A stretch of DNA of 57,573 bases. Source: an uncultured Eubacteriales bacterium. GTDB taxonomy: Bacteria; Bacillota; Clostridia; Oscillospirales; Acutalibacteraceae. The position numbers and the translations under genes are program-made. The notes under the pieces were generated by a model. It was not told the origin of the DNA. It did no database searches and saw nothing but the letters and a program-made list of their open reading frames with translations. Position 1 is the first letter of the stretch; every line of letters begins with the position of its first letter. Location: the NCBI GenBank assembly GCA_964369215.1, contig CAYJEZ010000002.1, forward strand, positions 1-57,573. Reading direction: 5' to 3'. Below, piece after piece: positions 9,818-18,214 of this stretch.

Positions 9818-9846
9818 TTGACAATTTCAAAAAACAATGTTATAAT
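9818..9846 (+). promoter_or_regulatory. consensus sigma-A promoter for the symporter gene
   Basis: TTGACA-17 nt-TATAAT, a perfect consensus. Confidence 0.8.
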
Positions 9847-9918
9847 ACTGCAATAGTTAAAAGCTTTAAAGCGTAAAAGTGCAAAGCTTTAAACCGTTAA
9901 ATTGAAAGGGTGATTATT

Positions 9919-11400
9919 TTGAGTAGAGAAATTAGTATTTGGGGAGTTATTTTACTTTATGCAGTATTTATAGTAGGCACAGGTATATACTACTCAAAAA
10001 AATCTAACGATATGGCAAGTTTTACAGTAGGCGGAAGAAGTGCTGGAGCATGGATTTCTGCTTTAAGTTATGGTACCGCATATTTTTCTGCTGTTATGTT
10101 TATAGGTTATGCTGGAGGGTCTGGTTGGAGTTTTGGTCTTTGGGCTATATTAATAGGTGTAGGCAACGCTTTGTTTGGTACACTTTTGCCTTGGATAGTA
10201 TTAGCTGATAAAACAAGGGCAATTACAAGGCAACACCGAATAAAATCTATGCCACAACTGTTTGAGTTAAGATTTAAATGCACTAACATGAAGTACTTCT
10301 CTTGTTTTATTATCTTCTTTTTTCTTACCCCTTACTCAGCATCTGTTTACAAAGGTTTAACAAGCGTATGCTCTATAGTATTAGGAATAGATGCTAATAT
10401 TTCTATGATAATAATAGCCTTGGCATCTGCTGCAATTCTTATTTTAGGCGGTTACACCGCAATGCTTAAATCAGATTTTATTCAAGGTTTTATAATGATT
10501 ATAGGTGTAAGTTTACTTATTGTGCTTGTGGTTTCTTCTAGTGCTGTTGGTGGAATAAGCGTTGGCTTTAATAATATGGTAGATTACATGAAAAACCATG
10601 AAATGATGCCTCTTAACAGCACAGGCACACTTTCTTTAATATCTTTAATTTTAATGACAAGCTTTGGAACATGGGGTTTACCTCAAATGGTTCATAAATA
10701 TTATGGTATTAAAGATAAAACAGAGGTAAAACGAGGAGCAATTATCTCAACATTTTTTGCATTGCTAATAGCAGGTGGTGGATATTTAATAGGTTCTTTA
10801 TCTCATTTATTTTTCGGCTCTGACTTGCCTGCTGGAGGAACAGATTTTTTGGTGCCTTTAATGCTAAATATGGCTGGTTTACCAGATATTTTATTAGGTG
10901 TTATTCTTGTATTGCTTATTTCTGCTTCTGTCTCTACTTTATCTGGAATAACCTTAACAGCTTGCTCTACACTGTCTATGGATTTTATTAAAGCTAGATT
11001 TAAAGCAGATATGAGTAGCGAGGCAACTGCTAAATTAACTAAGATTTTGTGTTTACTTTTTGTCGCTGTAAGCTATGCCATTGCAGTTAGCAACACACCA
11101 ATTATACAGTTAATGTCATACTCTTGGGGTATTATTTCAGGCTCTTTTTTAGCACCTTATTTGTTAACCCTATACTGGAAAGGGATAAATAAATTTGGAG
11201 CATGGTGTGGGATTTTGGTCGGTTTTTCGGTGGCCTTTATTCCTGCATTACTAAGTGGTTTCACCTCCCCAAATGGGCCTTTATTTGCCTGCCTTGCAAT
11301 ACTAAGCTCATTCATTTTTTGTTTTGTTGGAAGCAAATTATCTACTAAATTTAACTTACAAAGCTCTATGACAAATAATGAGTTTTATGTAATAGATTAA
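9919..11400 (+). CDS. sodium:solute symporter family transporter
   Basis: The protein has about 13 TM helices and an SSF-like N-terminus (FTVGGRSAGAWISALSYGTAYFSAV). I prefer TTG 9919, which sits 8 nt after GAAAGGG, over the track's GTG 9910, which abuts the SD. Confidence 0.85.
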   Translation: MSREISIWGVILLYAVFIVGTGIYYSKKSNDMASFTVGGRSAGAWISALSYGTAYFSAVMFIGYAGGSGWSFGLWAILIGVGNALFGTLLPWIVLADKTRAITRQHRIKSMPQLFELRFKCTNMKYFSCFIIFFFLTPYSASVYKGLTSVCSIVLGIDANISMIIIALASAAILILGGYTAMLKSDFIQGFIMIIGVSLLIVLVVSSSAVGGISVGFNNMVDYMKNHEMMPLNSTGTLSLISLILMTSFGTWGLPQMVHKYYGIKDKTEVKRGAIISTFFALLIAGGGYLIGSLSHLFFGSDLPAGGTDFLVPLMLNMAGLPDILLGVILVLLISASVSTLSGITLTACSTLSMDFIKARFKADMSSEATAKLTKILCLLFVAVSYAIAVSNTPIIQLMSYSWGIISGSFLAPYLLTLYWKGINKFGAWCGILVGFSVAFIPALLSGFTSPNGPLFACLAILSSFIFCFVGSKLSTKFNLQSSMTNNEFYVID

Positions 11401-11404
11401 AAAA

Positions 11405-11465
11405 CACCGACACCCATTCGTTAGACTTTCAGCTAACTAATAGGTGTCGCTTCTCTTTGTTTTTA
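11405..11465 (+). terminator. probable terminator after the symporter gene
   Basis: CGACACC (11408-11414) pairs with GGTGTCG (11443-11449), with further interrupted pairing, and is followed by CTTCTCTTTGTTTTT. The loop is long. Confidence 0.45.
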
Positions 11466-11499
11466 TACATTCAATTATACAGTTTCATATAGTAATAAA

Positions 11500-11725
11500 C
11501 TTAGAAAGTACTACAGAAATAAAATGAAAATGGGTTGTCGCATTAGGGTAAATTTGAACCTTTATTTGTAGGGTTGAGTCAAGACTCAACCGAAATAACG
11601 AAAAACTTTTGCTTTTTCATGAACTACAGAACGGCCAAAGACCGTTCACTGCAATATAATTTGTTTATTTTAACGTAAAAACTTGTTAATGTGACAACCA
11701 CTTTGTTTCTGTTAGCTTTGGGGTT
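11500..11725 (-). repeat. intergenic hairpin repeat, copy E (expanded to about 226 nt)
   Basis: On the minus strand it reads CCCCAAAGCTAACAGAAACAAAG...CATTTTATTTCTGTAGTACTTTCTAAG. It has the same termini as copies B, C and D but a larger interior with nested hairpins. Confidence 0.7.
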
Positions 11726-11731
11726 TAATGA

Positions 11732-12496
11732 CTATAATGACGACTTAATCTTTTTCATAGCAAATTTTTCAAGCCTAGATACTTGTGCTTGAGAAATGCC
11801 TATAATTTCAGCTACCTCCATTTGAGTTTTGCCCTGCATAAACCTCATTTGTAAAATAACTTTTTCTCTATTATCTAAATCTTTTATCGCTTGTTTTAAA
11901 GAGATTTCGTCTAGCCAGTCGCTGTCGCTACCCTCACCTATTTGATCTAATACATATATTGTATCTCCTGCGTCAGAAAAAACAGGCTCATATAAAGAAA
12001 TGGGCTCTACTATAGCCTCTAATGCCAAAACAACATCTTGTTTTTTCATTTCAAGATCTTTACATAGCTCTAAAATCGAAGGCTCTCTGCCATTTTTATT
12101 AATAAACTGCTCTTTACATTGCATCGCTTTGTAAGCAATATCTCTAATCGAACGACTTACTCTAACGCTGTTATTATCTCTTAAAAACCTCCTTATTTCA
12201 CCTATAATCATAGGTACACCATAGGTAGAAAACTGCACCCCATGTTTTAAATCAAAATGATCTATAGCTTTTATTAAACCTATACAACCTACTTGAAATA
12301 AATCATCAGGATTTTCACCTCTACAAGCAAATCTTTGTATAACACTTAAAACTAACCTTAAATTCCCCGCAATTAAACTCTCTCTAGCCCTTAAATCTCC
12401 GTTTTTTACTGCTTTTAATAGCTCTATTGTTTCACTGTTCTTTAAAACTTTTAATTTTGCTGTGTTTACACCGCAAATATCTACTTTAGTATGCAT
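11732..12496 (-). CDS. sigG: sporulation RNA polymerase sigma factor SigG
   Basis: The sequence matches B. subtilis SigG nearly motif for motif (VDICGVNTAKLKVLKN, GNLRLVLSVIQRF, DLFQVGCIGLIKAID, GKTQMEVAEIIGISQAQVSRLEK). The start is ATG 12496, which follows an AGGTGG SD. Confidence 0.85.
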   Translation of the reverse strand: MHTKVDICGVNTAKLKVLKNSETIELLKAVKNGDLRARESLIAGNLRLVLSVIQRFACRGENPDDLFQVGCIGLIKAIDHFDLKHGVQFSTYGVPMIIGEIRRFLRDNNSVRVSRSIRDIAYKAMQCKEQFINKNGREPSILELCKDLEMKKQDVVLALEAIVEPISLYEPVFSDAGDTIYVLDQIGEGSDSDWLDEISLKQAIKDLDNREKVILQMRFMQGKTQMEVAEIIGISQAQVSRLEKFAMKKIKSSL

Positions 12497-12551
12497 AATA
12501 ATACCACCTGTCATTTAGAGTTAAGGATATCGTTAATCTTTTACTCAAGTA

Positions 12552-12581
12552 TATTATTAGTCATATTAAAGTTTTTTATTC
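12552..12581 (-). promoter_or_regulatory. candidate forespore (sigma-F/sigma-G type) promoter of sigG
   Basis: On the minus strand: GAATA-18 nt-AATAATA. My recollection of the consensus is GHATR-18-CATxHTA. The element lies directly after the upstream stop codon. Confidence 0.35.
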
Positions 12582-12587
12582 ATTTTT

Positions 12588-15149
12588 TTATTTTATAAGA
12601 TCTCTTATTTCTTTTTCAGCACTTAATATCTCTTCTCTAAAACCATTTGCAGATACTCTTAAAGCGCCATTTCCCAGCACTATCATTTGCTCTACTGCAT
12701 CAGATGTTGCTACTCTAACTCGATATTTATCAGACATTTTTTTAGTTACTTTCTCTATATACATGTCTGCTGTTTCAGCCTCTTTTGTGTAAACAACGCT
12801 TATGTTATCGTGCTTAACAATAGTTTCTTTATTTCCTTTAACTTTATATGCATCAAATACCAAAATCAAGTCACAATTTTTATATGCCGCATAATTTGTT
12901 AATATGTCAATTAACTTATTTCTAGCAGCATCAATATTAATTTTTGCTAACTCATTAAGCTCTTGCCAAGCAAATATTATATTATAGCCATCGACTAATA
13001 TATATTCAGGTCCAATATGGGTAGACTTATGCCTTTTATAATTAATATTACTTTTACTTTTAATAGGGCTTGAAAACGTAACTCTTGGGTCTGTCTTGAT
13101 TTTACCATAAGTACTCTCAAAAATAGATAAAAGTTCTTTGTCATCTTGTATAGCTAAACCCTTATCGTAAATAGCACCTGCTCTTTTAGCACTTTTTATC
13201 TCTTGTATATCTTTTTCTTTTTCAGATTTAATATGCATATATTCCTCTGCTTTATCCCATTTAACTATAAAACCACTTCCGTGAGAGCAAAAAACAGACG
13301 CACTTGGGTTCTCTGGGTCGTTTTCAGCATCGTATGAAAAAGCTTTAATTACTTCCTCACTATTATGACATTTATCATAACCATTATAATAATATGAGTA
13401 CTTGCCCAAACCTTTTGTATAGCGTATTACCTCTTTCGAGTAGTCAATACTAGTTGCAGCCGGTAATAAGCCGGAAATTATTGTGAAGTCGCCAACGGTT
13501 TCAGGAGTATTAAAGCTTCCTCCCATTTGTTGAATGTCACTTATTGCCTTGCCTACATATTCAGAGCTTACCTCTAGTTTAAAGGCATATACAGGCTCAA
13601 GTAAAATGCTTTTCGCCCTCATAAGCCCATGCCTAAACGCCCTGTAGGTCGCTTGCCTAAAGTCACCTCCTGTGGTGTGCTTAACATGCCCTCTTCCGTC
13701 AACCAGTGTTATTTTAATATCTGTTACAGGTGAGTTTGTAAGAACACCCGTATGGTTTTTTTCAAGTATATGCGTAAGCACTAAATTCTGCCAGTTTTTA
13801 TCAAAAAGGTCGTGTTTTGCTTTGTTGTCTACATAAATTCCGCTTCCTCTAGGCATTGGCTCTAGCTTTAAATGCACTTCTGCGTAATGCTTTAAAGGTT
13901 CAAAATGCCCCATGCCAATAACTTGCTCGATAATTGTCTCTTTATATACTATATTACCTTTGTCAAACTCAACTAAATATCCAAATCTCTCTTCAATAAG
14001 GCTTTGTAAAACTTCAACCTGAATTGCACCCATAAGCCTAACTTGAATTTCTTTTAGGCTTTCACTCCACATAACTCTTAGTTCAGGGTCTTCTTGCTCT
14101 AAAAGTCTTAAATTTGCTAGTGCTCTTACGCTGTCAATCCCTTTTGGCAACATAACTTTATATACCAAAATCGGCTCTAACATTGGTGTATTTGCCTTTT
14201 CTTCAAAACCAAAGCCTTGACCAGCGTACGAGCTTAATAGCCCTGTAACAACGCAAATCTCCCCTGCAAAAACCTCCATACTAAGCTCAAACTTACTTCC
14301 GCTATAGCGCCTAATTTGGTCGACCTTCTCTTCTCTGTCAATTTGCTCTTTATCTTTATGAAAAATTACAGACTTTACCTTAAGGCTTCCACCTGTAATT
14401 TTCAAATGAGTAAGCCTGTTACCCATATTATCCCACGATATTTTAAAAACTCTTGCACCAAATTTATTACCATACTGTGAGGCTAAGGTAAACTTGTCAA
14501 ATGAGTTCATAAACTCTTCAATTCCGTCAAGTTTAAGTGCAGAACCATAAAAACAAGGAAAAACCGCTCTATTCTTTATAGCTTTTATAATTGAACTTTG
14601 TTTTAATGATAAATTCTCTAAGAATTCTTGAGTTAATTCATCGTTGCACATTGCAATGCTTTCTTCTAAATTATCACAATCAAAGTCAATAGCGTTCTCA
14701 CTCAAGTTTTTTCTTATATTCTCACTCAACTCACTTTTTTCAAATGAGCTTATATCCATTTTATTAACAAAAATAAAAGTGGGTATATTGTATCTATAAA
14801 GCAAAGACCAAAGAGTTTGAGTGTGAGCTTGCACTCCATCAATTGCACTTATAACAAGTATTGCATAATCTAGCACTTGTAGTGCTCTTTCTGCCTCAGT
14901 CGAAAAGTCAACATGTCCTGGGGTATCCAGTAAGTCTATTTCAGTTTCTCCAAAATTTAAACGTGCCTGCTTTGAGAAAATAGTAATGCCTCTATTCCTC
15001 TCTAGTTTATGTGTGTCTAAAAAAGCATTACCATGGTCAACCCTACCTAGTTTTCGTATTTTGCCCGAAGCAAAAAGCATTGCCTCAGACAAAGTAGTTT
15101 TGCCTGAGTCTACATGCGCTAATATTCCTATAGTTAACTTTTTGGGCAC
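12588..15149 (-). CDS. TetM/EF-G-like translational GTPase fused to a C-terminal YacP/Rae1-type NYN ribonuclease domain
   Basis: The GTPase motifs are G1 AHVDSGKT, G2 RGITI, G3 DTPGH, G4 NKMD and G5 GSAL. Similarity to TetM-type domains II-V runs to about aa 640. Residues 715-853 carry ILVDGYNIIFAW, LVFDAYKVKG, ETADMYIEK and VATSDAVEQ, which are YacP/Rae1 motifs. The start is a GTG with an AGGAG SD 8 nt upstream. Confidence 0.85.
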   Translation of the reverse strand: MPKKLTIGILAHVDSGKTTLSEAMLFASGKIRKLGRVDHGNAFLDTHKLERNRGITIFSKQARLNFGETEIDLLDTPGHVDFSTEAERALQVLDYAILVISAIDGVQAHTQTLWSLLYRYNIPTFIFVNKMDISSFEKSELSENIRKNLSENAIDFDCDNLEESIAMCNDELTQEFLENLSLKQSSIIKAIKNRAVFPCFYGSALKLDGIEEFMNSFDKFTLASQYGNKFGARVFKISWDNMGNRLTHLKITGGSLKVKSVIFHKDKEQIDREEKVDQIRRYSGSKFELSMEVFAGEICVVTGLLSSYAGQGFGFEEKANTPMLEPILVYKVMLPKGIDSVRALANLRLLEQEDPELRVMWSESLKEIQVRLMGAIQVEVLQSLIEERFGYLVEFDKGNIVYKETIIEQVIGMGHFEPLKHYAEVHLKLEPMPRGSGIYVDNKAKHDLFDKNWQNLVLTHILEKNHTGVLTNSPVTDIKITLVDGRGHVKHTTGGDFRQATYRAFRHGLMRAKSILLEPVYAFKLEVSSEYVGKAISDIQQMGGSFNTPETVGDFTIISGLLPAATSIDYSKEVIRYTKGLGKYSYYYNGYDKCHNSEEVIKAFSYDAENDPENPSASVFCSHGSGFIVKWDKAEEYMHIKSEKEKDIQEIKSAKRAGAIYDKGLAIQDDKELLSIFESTYGKIKTDPRVTFSSPIKSKSNINYKRHKSTHIGPEYILVDGYNIIFAWQELNELAKINIDAARNKLIDILTNYAAYKNCDLILVFDAYKVKGNKETIVKHDNISVVYTKEAETADMYIEKVTKKMSDKYRVRVATSDAVEQMIVLGNGALRVSANGFREEILSAEKEIRDLIK

Positions 15150-15192
15150 TCACACCACTCCTAGTTAATTTATTTGTTTGGTATTAAAAACA

Positions 15193-15232
15193 AGTAGAGA
15201 CGAGTAAGGGCTCGCCTTCCGTCTCTACAATA
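15193..15232 (-). terminator. rho-independent terminator after the PpiC-type isomerase gene
   Basis: On the minus strand: GTAGAGACG-gaaggcgagcccttact-CGTCTCTAC-TTGTTTTT. Confidence 0.75.
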
Positions 15233-15275
15233 AATATTTAATATAATTTCATGTGTTACCTATTTTCCAATATTT

Positions 15276-16739
15276 TTATACTGGAAGCTTGCTTAAGGCC
15301 TCTTCATCATAAGTTATCGGATATACCTCTTGTAACTCTTCAAGTTTTGTGTTAAATTCTTCTAAACTAATATCATTATGAATTTGTTCCATCCAAGCCT
15401 CTTTGCCTTCTCCAACATAATACATAATGTGGTAGCCAAATTCTGTTTCAACTATCTCAACTTCTGCTACTTCACGAGCATCGTCAAAAAGCCAAGTATC
15501 AATAGGTTCAACCATAGTTCCTGGTGTAACCCCTTGATATAACCCACCGTTTGAAGCAGAGGCTGTATCTTGCGTGTAACCTGTTGCTAAGGTAGAGAAG
15601 TTATCTTCTGTTGGGTCTTCATTATATCGTGCTAAAATATCATCAGCCGCAGCTTTTGCCTCTTCGGCTGTATCATATTGATCAAATGAGAATAAGATGT
15701 GTCTAAAAATTTCAGTTACTGTCTCATCTCTGCTTGCAGGAGCAGTAATAAATGAAGTAGTAATAGTATTAAAATCTGCATCTTCTACAATATGAGTCTC
15801 ACCTATTTCTCTTTCTTCATCAAAAATCCAGTCAGACATCTCACTTTCACTTACATAGCTTGAACTATTAAAAACTGCAGAGTCTACCATTGTAGCAATT
15901 TCTTCTTCATTTAAATCTGGATTCATTTGTATAACAATCTCTTCAACTATTTCTAAAAACTCTTCCTCAGAACTAGCATTTTCAAGTTCTTCTGCCCTTT
16001 GCTCTGCTTCTTCCTTTGTTATATTGTTTTCTTCACCCTCGTATGTTATAGAGTAAGATAAATATGATGCTGTTTTATAGTTATTTTCATTCTCTGCATA
16101 ATAGTCTTCTATCTCTTCGTCTGTAATTTCAAGCTCATCAATAAATTTATTATTGTATTTTTGTGCAAGCAAACTCATCTCTACAGCCTTTTCTACATCA
16201 CTTTTTTGCACGCCATCTTCTAAAAAGTAAGGGTCTACATTAGCTAAATTTTCTTCAAGCGTTACATAGTCTTCTTCAGTTAGTGTAATGCCGTCTGCTT
16301 TTGCTTGTTCAGCAAGAGGAATTACTTCATCTACCGACATTTTTGTTGTATCTAAAATGCTGTCAAACCAAGTTTGATCCTCAGTATATGTTTGATTTTT
16401 TAGAGAGTCGTATGGGTTAACACCCGAGTACTCAAAAAAGTAACCACTATAAGCACTTTGCATATTAACATAATTTGTTTTAAACAGGTATGTCATTACA
16501 GCATTGTCAATCTCATATGTTTCAGAACTTGCAGATATATCATCTCTTAAATAATTACCATTTGCATAATAGAACATATAAACTAAGCCTGCAATAAGCA
16601 CTACAATAGCCAAACTAATACCTATAATAGACATAATAAGTTTATCTTTTTTTTGCTTTAAAACTTCTACCGCTTGCTTTTGCTGTTGAATTATTTTTTT
16701 ATCTGCGTGTTGCGCACGACTTCTTGCGCCTTTTCCCAT
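15276..16739 (-). CDS. membrane-anchored PpiC/parvulin-type peptidyl-prolyl isomerase (PrsA/SurA-like)
   Basis: An N-terminal TM anchor is followed by a long acidic chaperone-like region. The C-terminal parvulin motifs are FRHILFSF, GGLYQGVTPGTMVEP and EFGYHIMYY. An AAGGAG SD lies upstream. Confidence 0.75.
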   Translation of the reverse strand: MGKGARSRAQHADKKIIQQQKQAVEVLKQKKDKLIMSIIGISLAIVVLIAGLVYMFYYANGNYLRDDISASSETYEIDNAVMTYLFKTNYVNMQSAYSGYFFEYSGVNPYDSLKNQTYTEDQTWFDSILDTTKMSVDEVIPLAEQAKADGITLTEEDYVTLEENLANVDPYFLEDGVQKSDVEKAVEMSLLAQKYNNKFIDELEITDEEIEDYYAENENNYKTASYLSYSITYEGEENNITKEEAEQRAEELENASSEEEFLEIVEEIVIQMNPDLNEEEIATMVDSAVFNSSSYVSESEMSDWIFDEEREIGETHIVEDADFNTITTSFITAPASRDETVTEIFRHILFSFDQYDTAEEAKAAADDILARYNEDPTEDNFSTLATGYTQDTASASNGGLYQGVTPGTMVEPIDTWLFDDAREVAEVEIVETEFGYHIMYYVGEGKEAWMEQIHNDISLEEFNTKLEELQEVYPITYDEEALSKLPV

Positions 16740-17019
16740 ATATATAGTCTCCTTTTAAATAAACATTTGTTACGTAAAAACTTATAGTTATTTAATTAAT
16801 ATCTAGTTAAAATATTACATTGCATACTAAAACTATAAAAATTTTAACAGCTATAACTAAATTTCAATAACGCTAATATTATAACACATATAAAGTGATT
16901 TGTACATAGATTTTAAGTGAATTTATGGTGAAATAAACCTTGCACGTTTTATATTATTTACAAATAGATTTAAACAACAAATAAATATTTTAACAATATT
17001 TATATCTTTCTAATTTTGC

Positions 17020-17047
17020 TTGATTTTTTCCGATTTTGTGGTAAAAT
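17020..17047 (+). promoter_or_regulatory. promoter for ferredoxin (extended -10)
   Basis: TTGATT-16 nt-(TGg)TAAAAT. Confidence 0.5.
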
Positions 17048-17111
17048 ATAGATATGGGCAAAGTTATGCTTTGCTTATACTAAATTTAATAAAAGAAAGG
17101 ATGGTTATAAT

Positions 17112-17282
17112 ATGGCATATGTAATTAACGAAAACTGCATCTCTTGTGGTGCATGTGCAGGCGAATGTCCTTGTGACGCAATTTCTGAAGGAGAGGGCAA
17201 GTATGTAATAGATGCTGACACATGTGTAGATTGTGGAGCATGTGCAGGTGCATGTCCTGTTGAGGCAATTGAGGCAGGCTAA
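17112..17282 (+). CDS. fdx: 2x[4Fe-4S] clostridial-type ferredoxin (56 aa, below the ORF-track size cutoff)
   Basis: My own translation is MAYVINENCISCGACAGECPCDAISEGEGKYVIDADTCVDCGACAGACPVEAIEAG. It contains two CxxCxxCxxxCP motifs. An AAAGGA SD precedes it and a strong terminator follows it. Confidence 0.88.
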   Translation: MAYVINENCISCGACAGECPCDAISEGEGKYVIDADTCVDCGACAGACPVEAIEAG

Positions 17283-17300
17283 TTTGCTGATAGCACTGAA

Positions 17301-17335
17301 ATTGTAGGGGCGTTTTGCCTCTACAATTTTTATTT
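17301..17335 (+). terminator. rho-independent terminator after the ferredoxin gene
   Basis: ATTGTAGGGGC-gtttt-GCCTCTACAAT-TTTTATTT. Confidence 0.85.
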
Positions 17336-17482
17336 ATACACCTTTTTATTTATAAGCTATACTTATAAAATCGATAAATATAGAAATCAACTTAGAAACC
17401 ATTACATAAACAAGCGCAAAGGTTTTTAGTCAAACTAATGTTCGACTATATTATTAATTGCATAGATAAAGGATTTAGTTTT

Positions 17483-18214
17483 ATGACAAATTCACACTGG
17501 GAACCTTTAGGTAAAAAAAATAAAATTCTTGTATCAAAAAAACACGGATTTACAACAGACACTCTTTTATTAGCTAATTTTGCAAAACCTAATAAACGTG
17601 ACATATGTGCTGATTTTGGCACAGGATGTGGTACTATTGCTGTACTTTGGGATATTAGGTACAGCCCTAAAATCATTTACGCTGTAGAATTACAAAAAGA
17701 GGCTACTGAACAGCTAGAACAAACAATAGATTATAACAAACTTGAGAAAATAACTTTGATAAAAGATAATATAAACAATTACAAAAGCATTTTTAAAAGT
17801 GGAAGTTTAAGCCACATAGCATGTAACCCTCCTTACAAAGCTATTGGAGCAGGCATTAAAAACGAAGTTGACAACTTACGTATTGCAAGGCATGAAGATG
17901 AGCTCAGTTTAGATGAGCTCGCAAAAGCTGCTTCTTATTGTCTCAAATTTGGAGGCAAACTTTTTATTTGTCAACGACCTGAAAGACTTAGTGATGCCAT
18001 TACTATTTTCAGAGAGAACGGATTAGAACCAAAACGTCTTAGATTAGTGCAACAAAGAGAAACCAAAGCCCCTAGCTTATTTTTGCTTGAAAGCAGAAGA
18101 GGTGGAAACTCTGGTATTGATATTATGCCCACTTTATTTATTGAGAAAGACGGTGGTTTGTCTGAAGAAATGATTAATATTTATGGAAATTATAAGGAAG
18201 AACATTATGAATGA
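17483..18214 (+). CDS. tRNA (adenine-N6)-methyltransferase-like SAM-dependent methyltransferase (YfiC/TrmN6/YabB type)
   Basis: The SAM motif DFGTGCG and the NPPY catalytic motif (IACNPPYKA) are present. Sitting upstream of rsmI is the typical position for this gene. I chose ATG 17483 after an AAAGGA SD, with ATG 17438 as the alternative. Confidence 0.7.
   Translation: MTNSHWEPLGKKNKILVSKKHGFTTDTLLLANFAKPNKRDICADFGTGCGTIAVLWDIRYSPKIIYAVELQKEATEQLEQTIDYNKLEKITLIKDNINNYKSIFKSGSLSHIACNPPYKAIGAGIKNEVDNLRIARHEDELSLDELAKAASYCLKFGGKLFICQRPERLSDAITIFRENGLEPKRLRLVQQRETKAPSLFLLESRRGGNSGIDIMPTLFIEKDGGLSEEMINIYGNYKEEHYE

Noticed and set aside
12588-15149. This ORF could be called a tetracycline-resistance ribosomal protection gene (tetM/tetO-like).
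   Set aside because: Similarity to TetM is at family level only. The protein is about 210 aa longer and carries a C-terminal nuclease domain. It sits among housekeeping genes, and no mobile-element genes or flanking repeats typical of Tn916-like elements are present. A resistance call is not supported by sequence alone.
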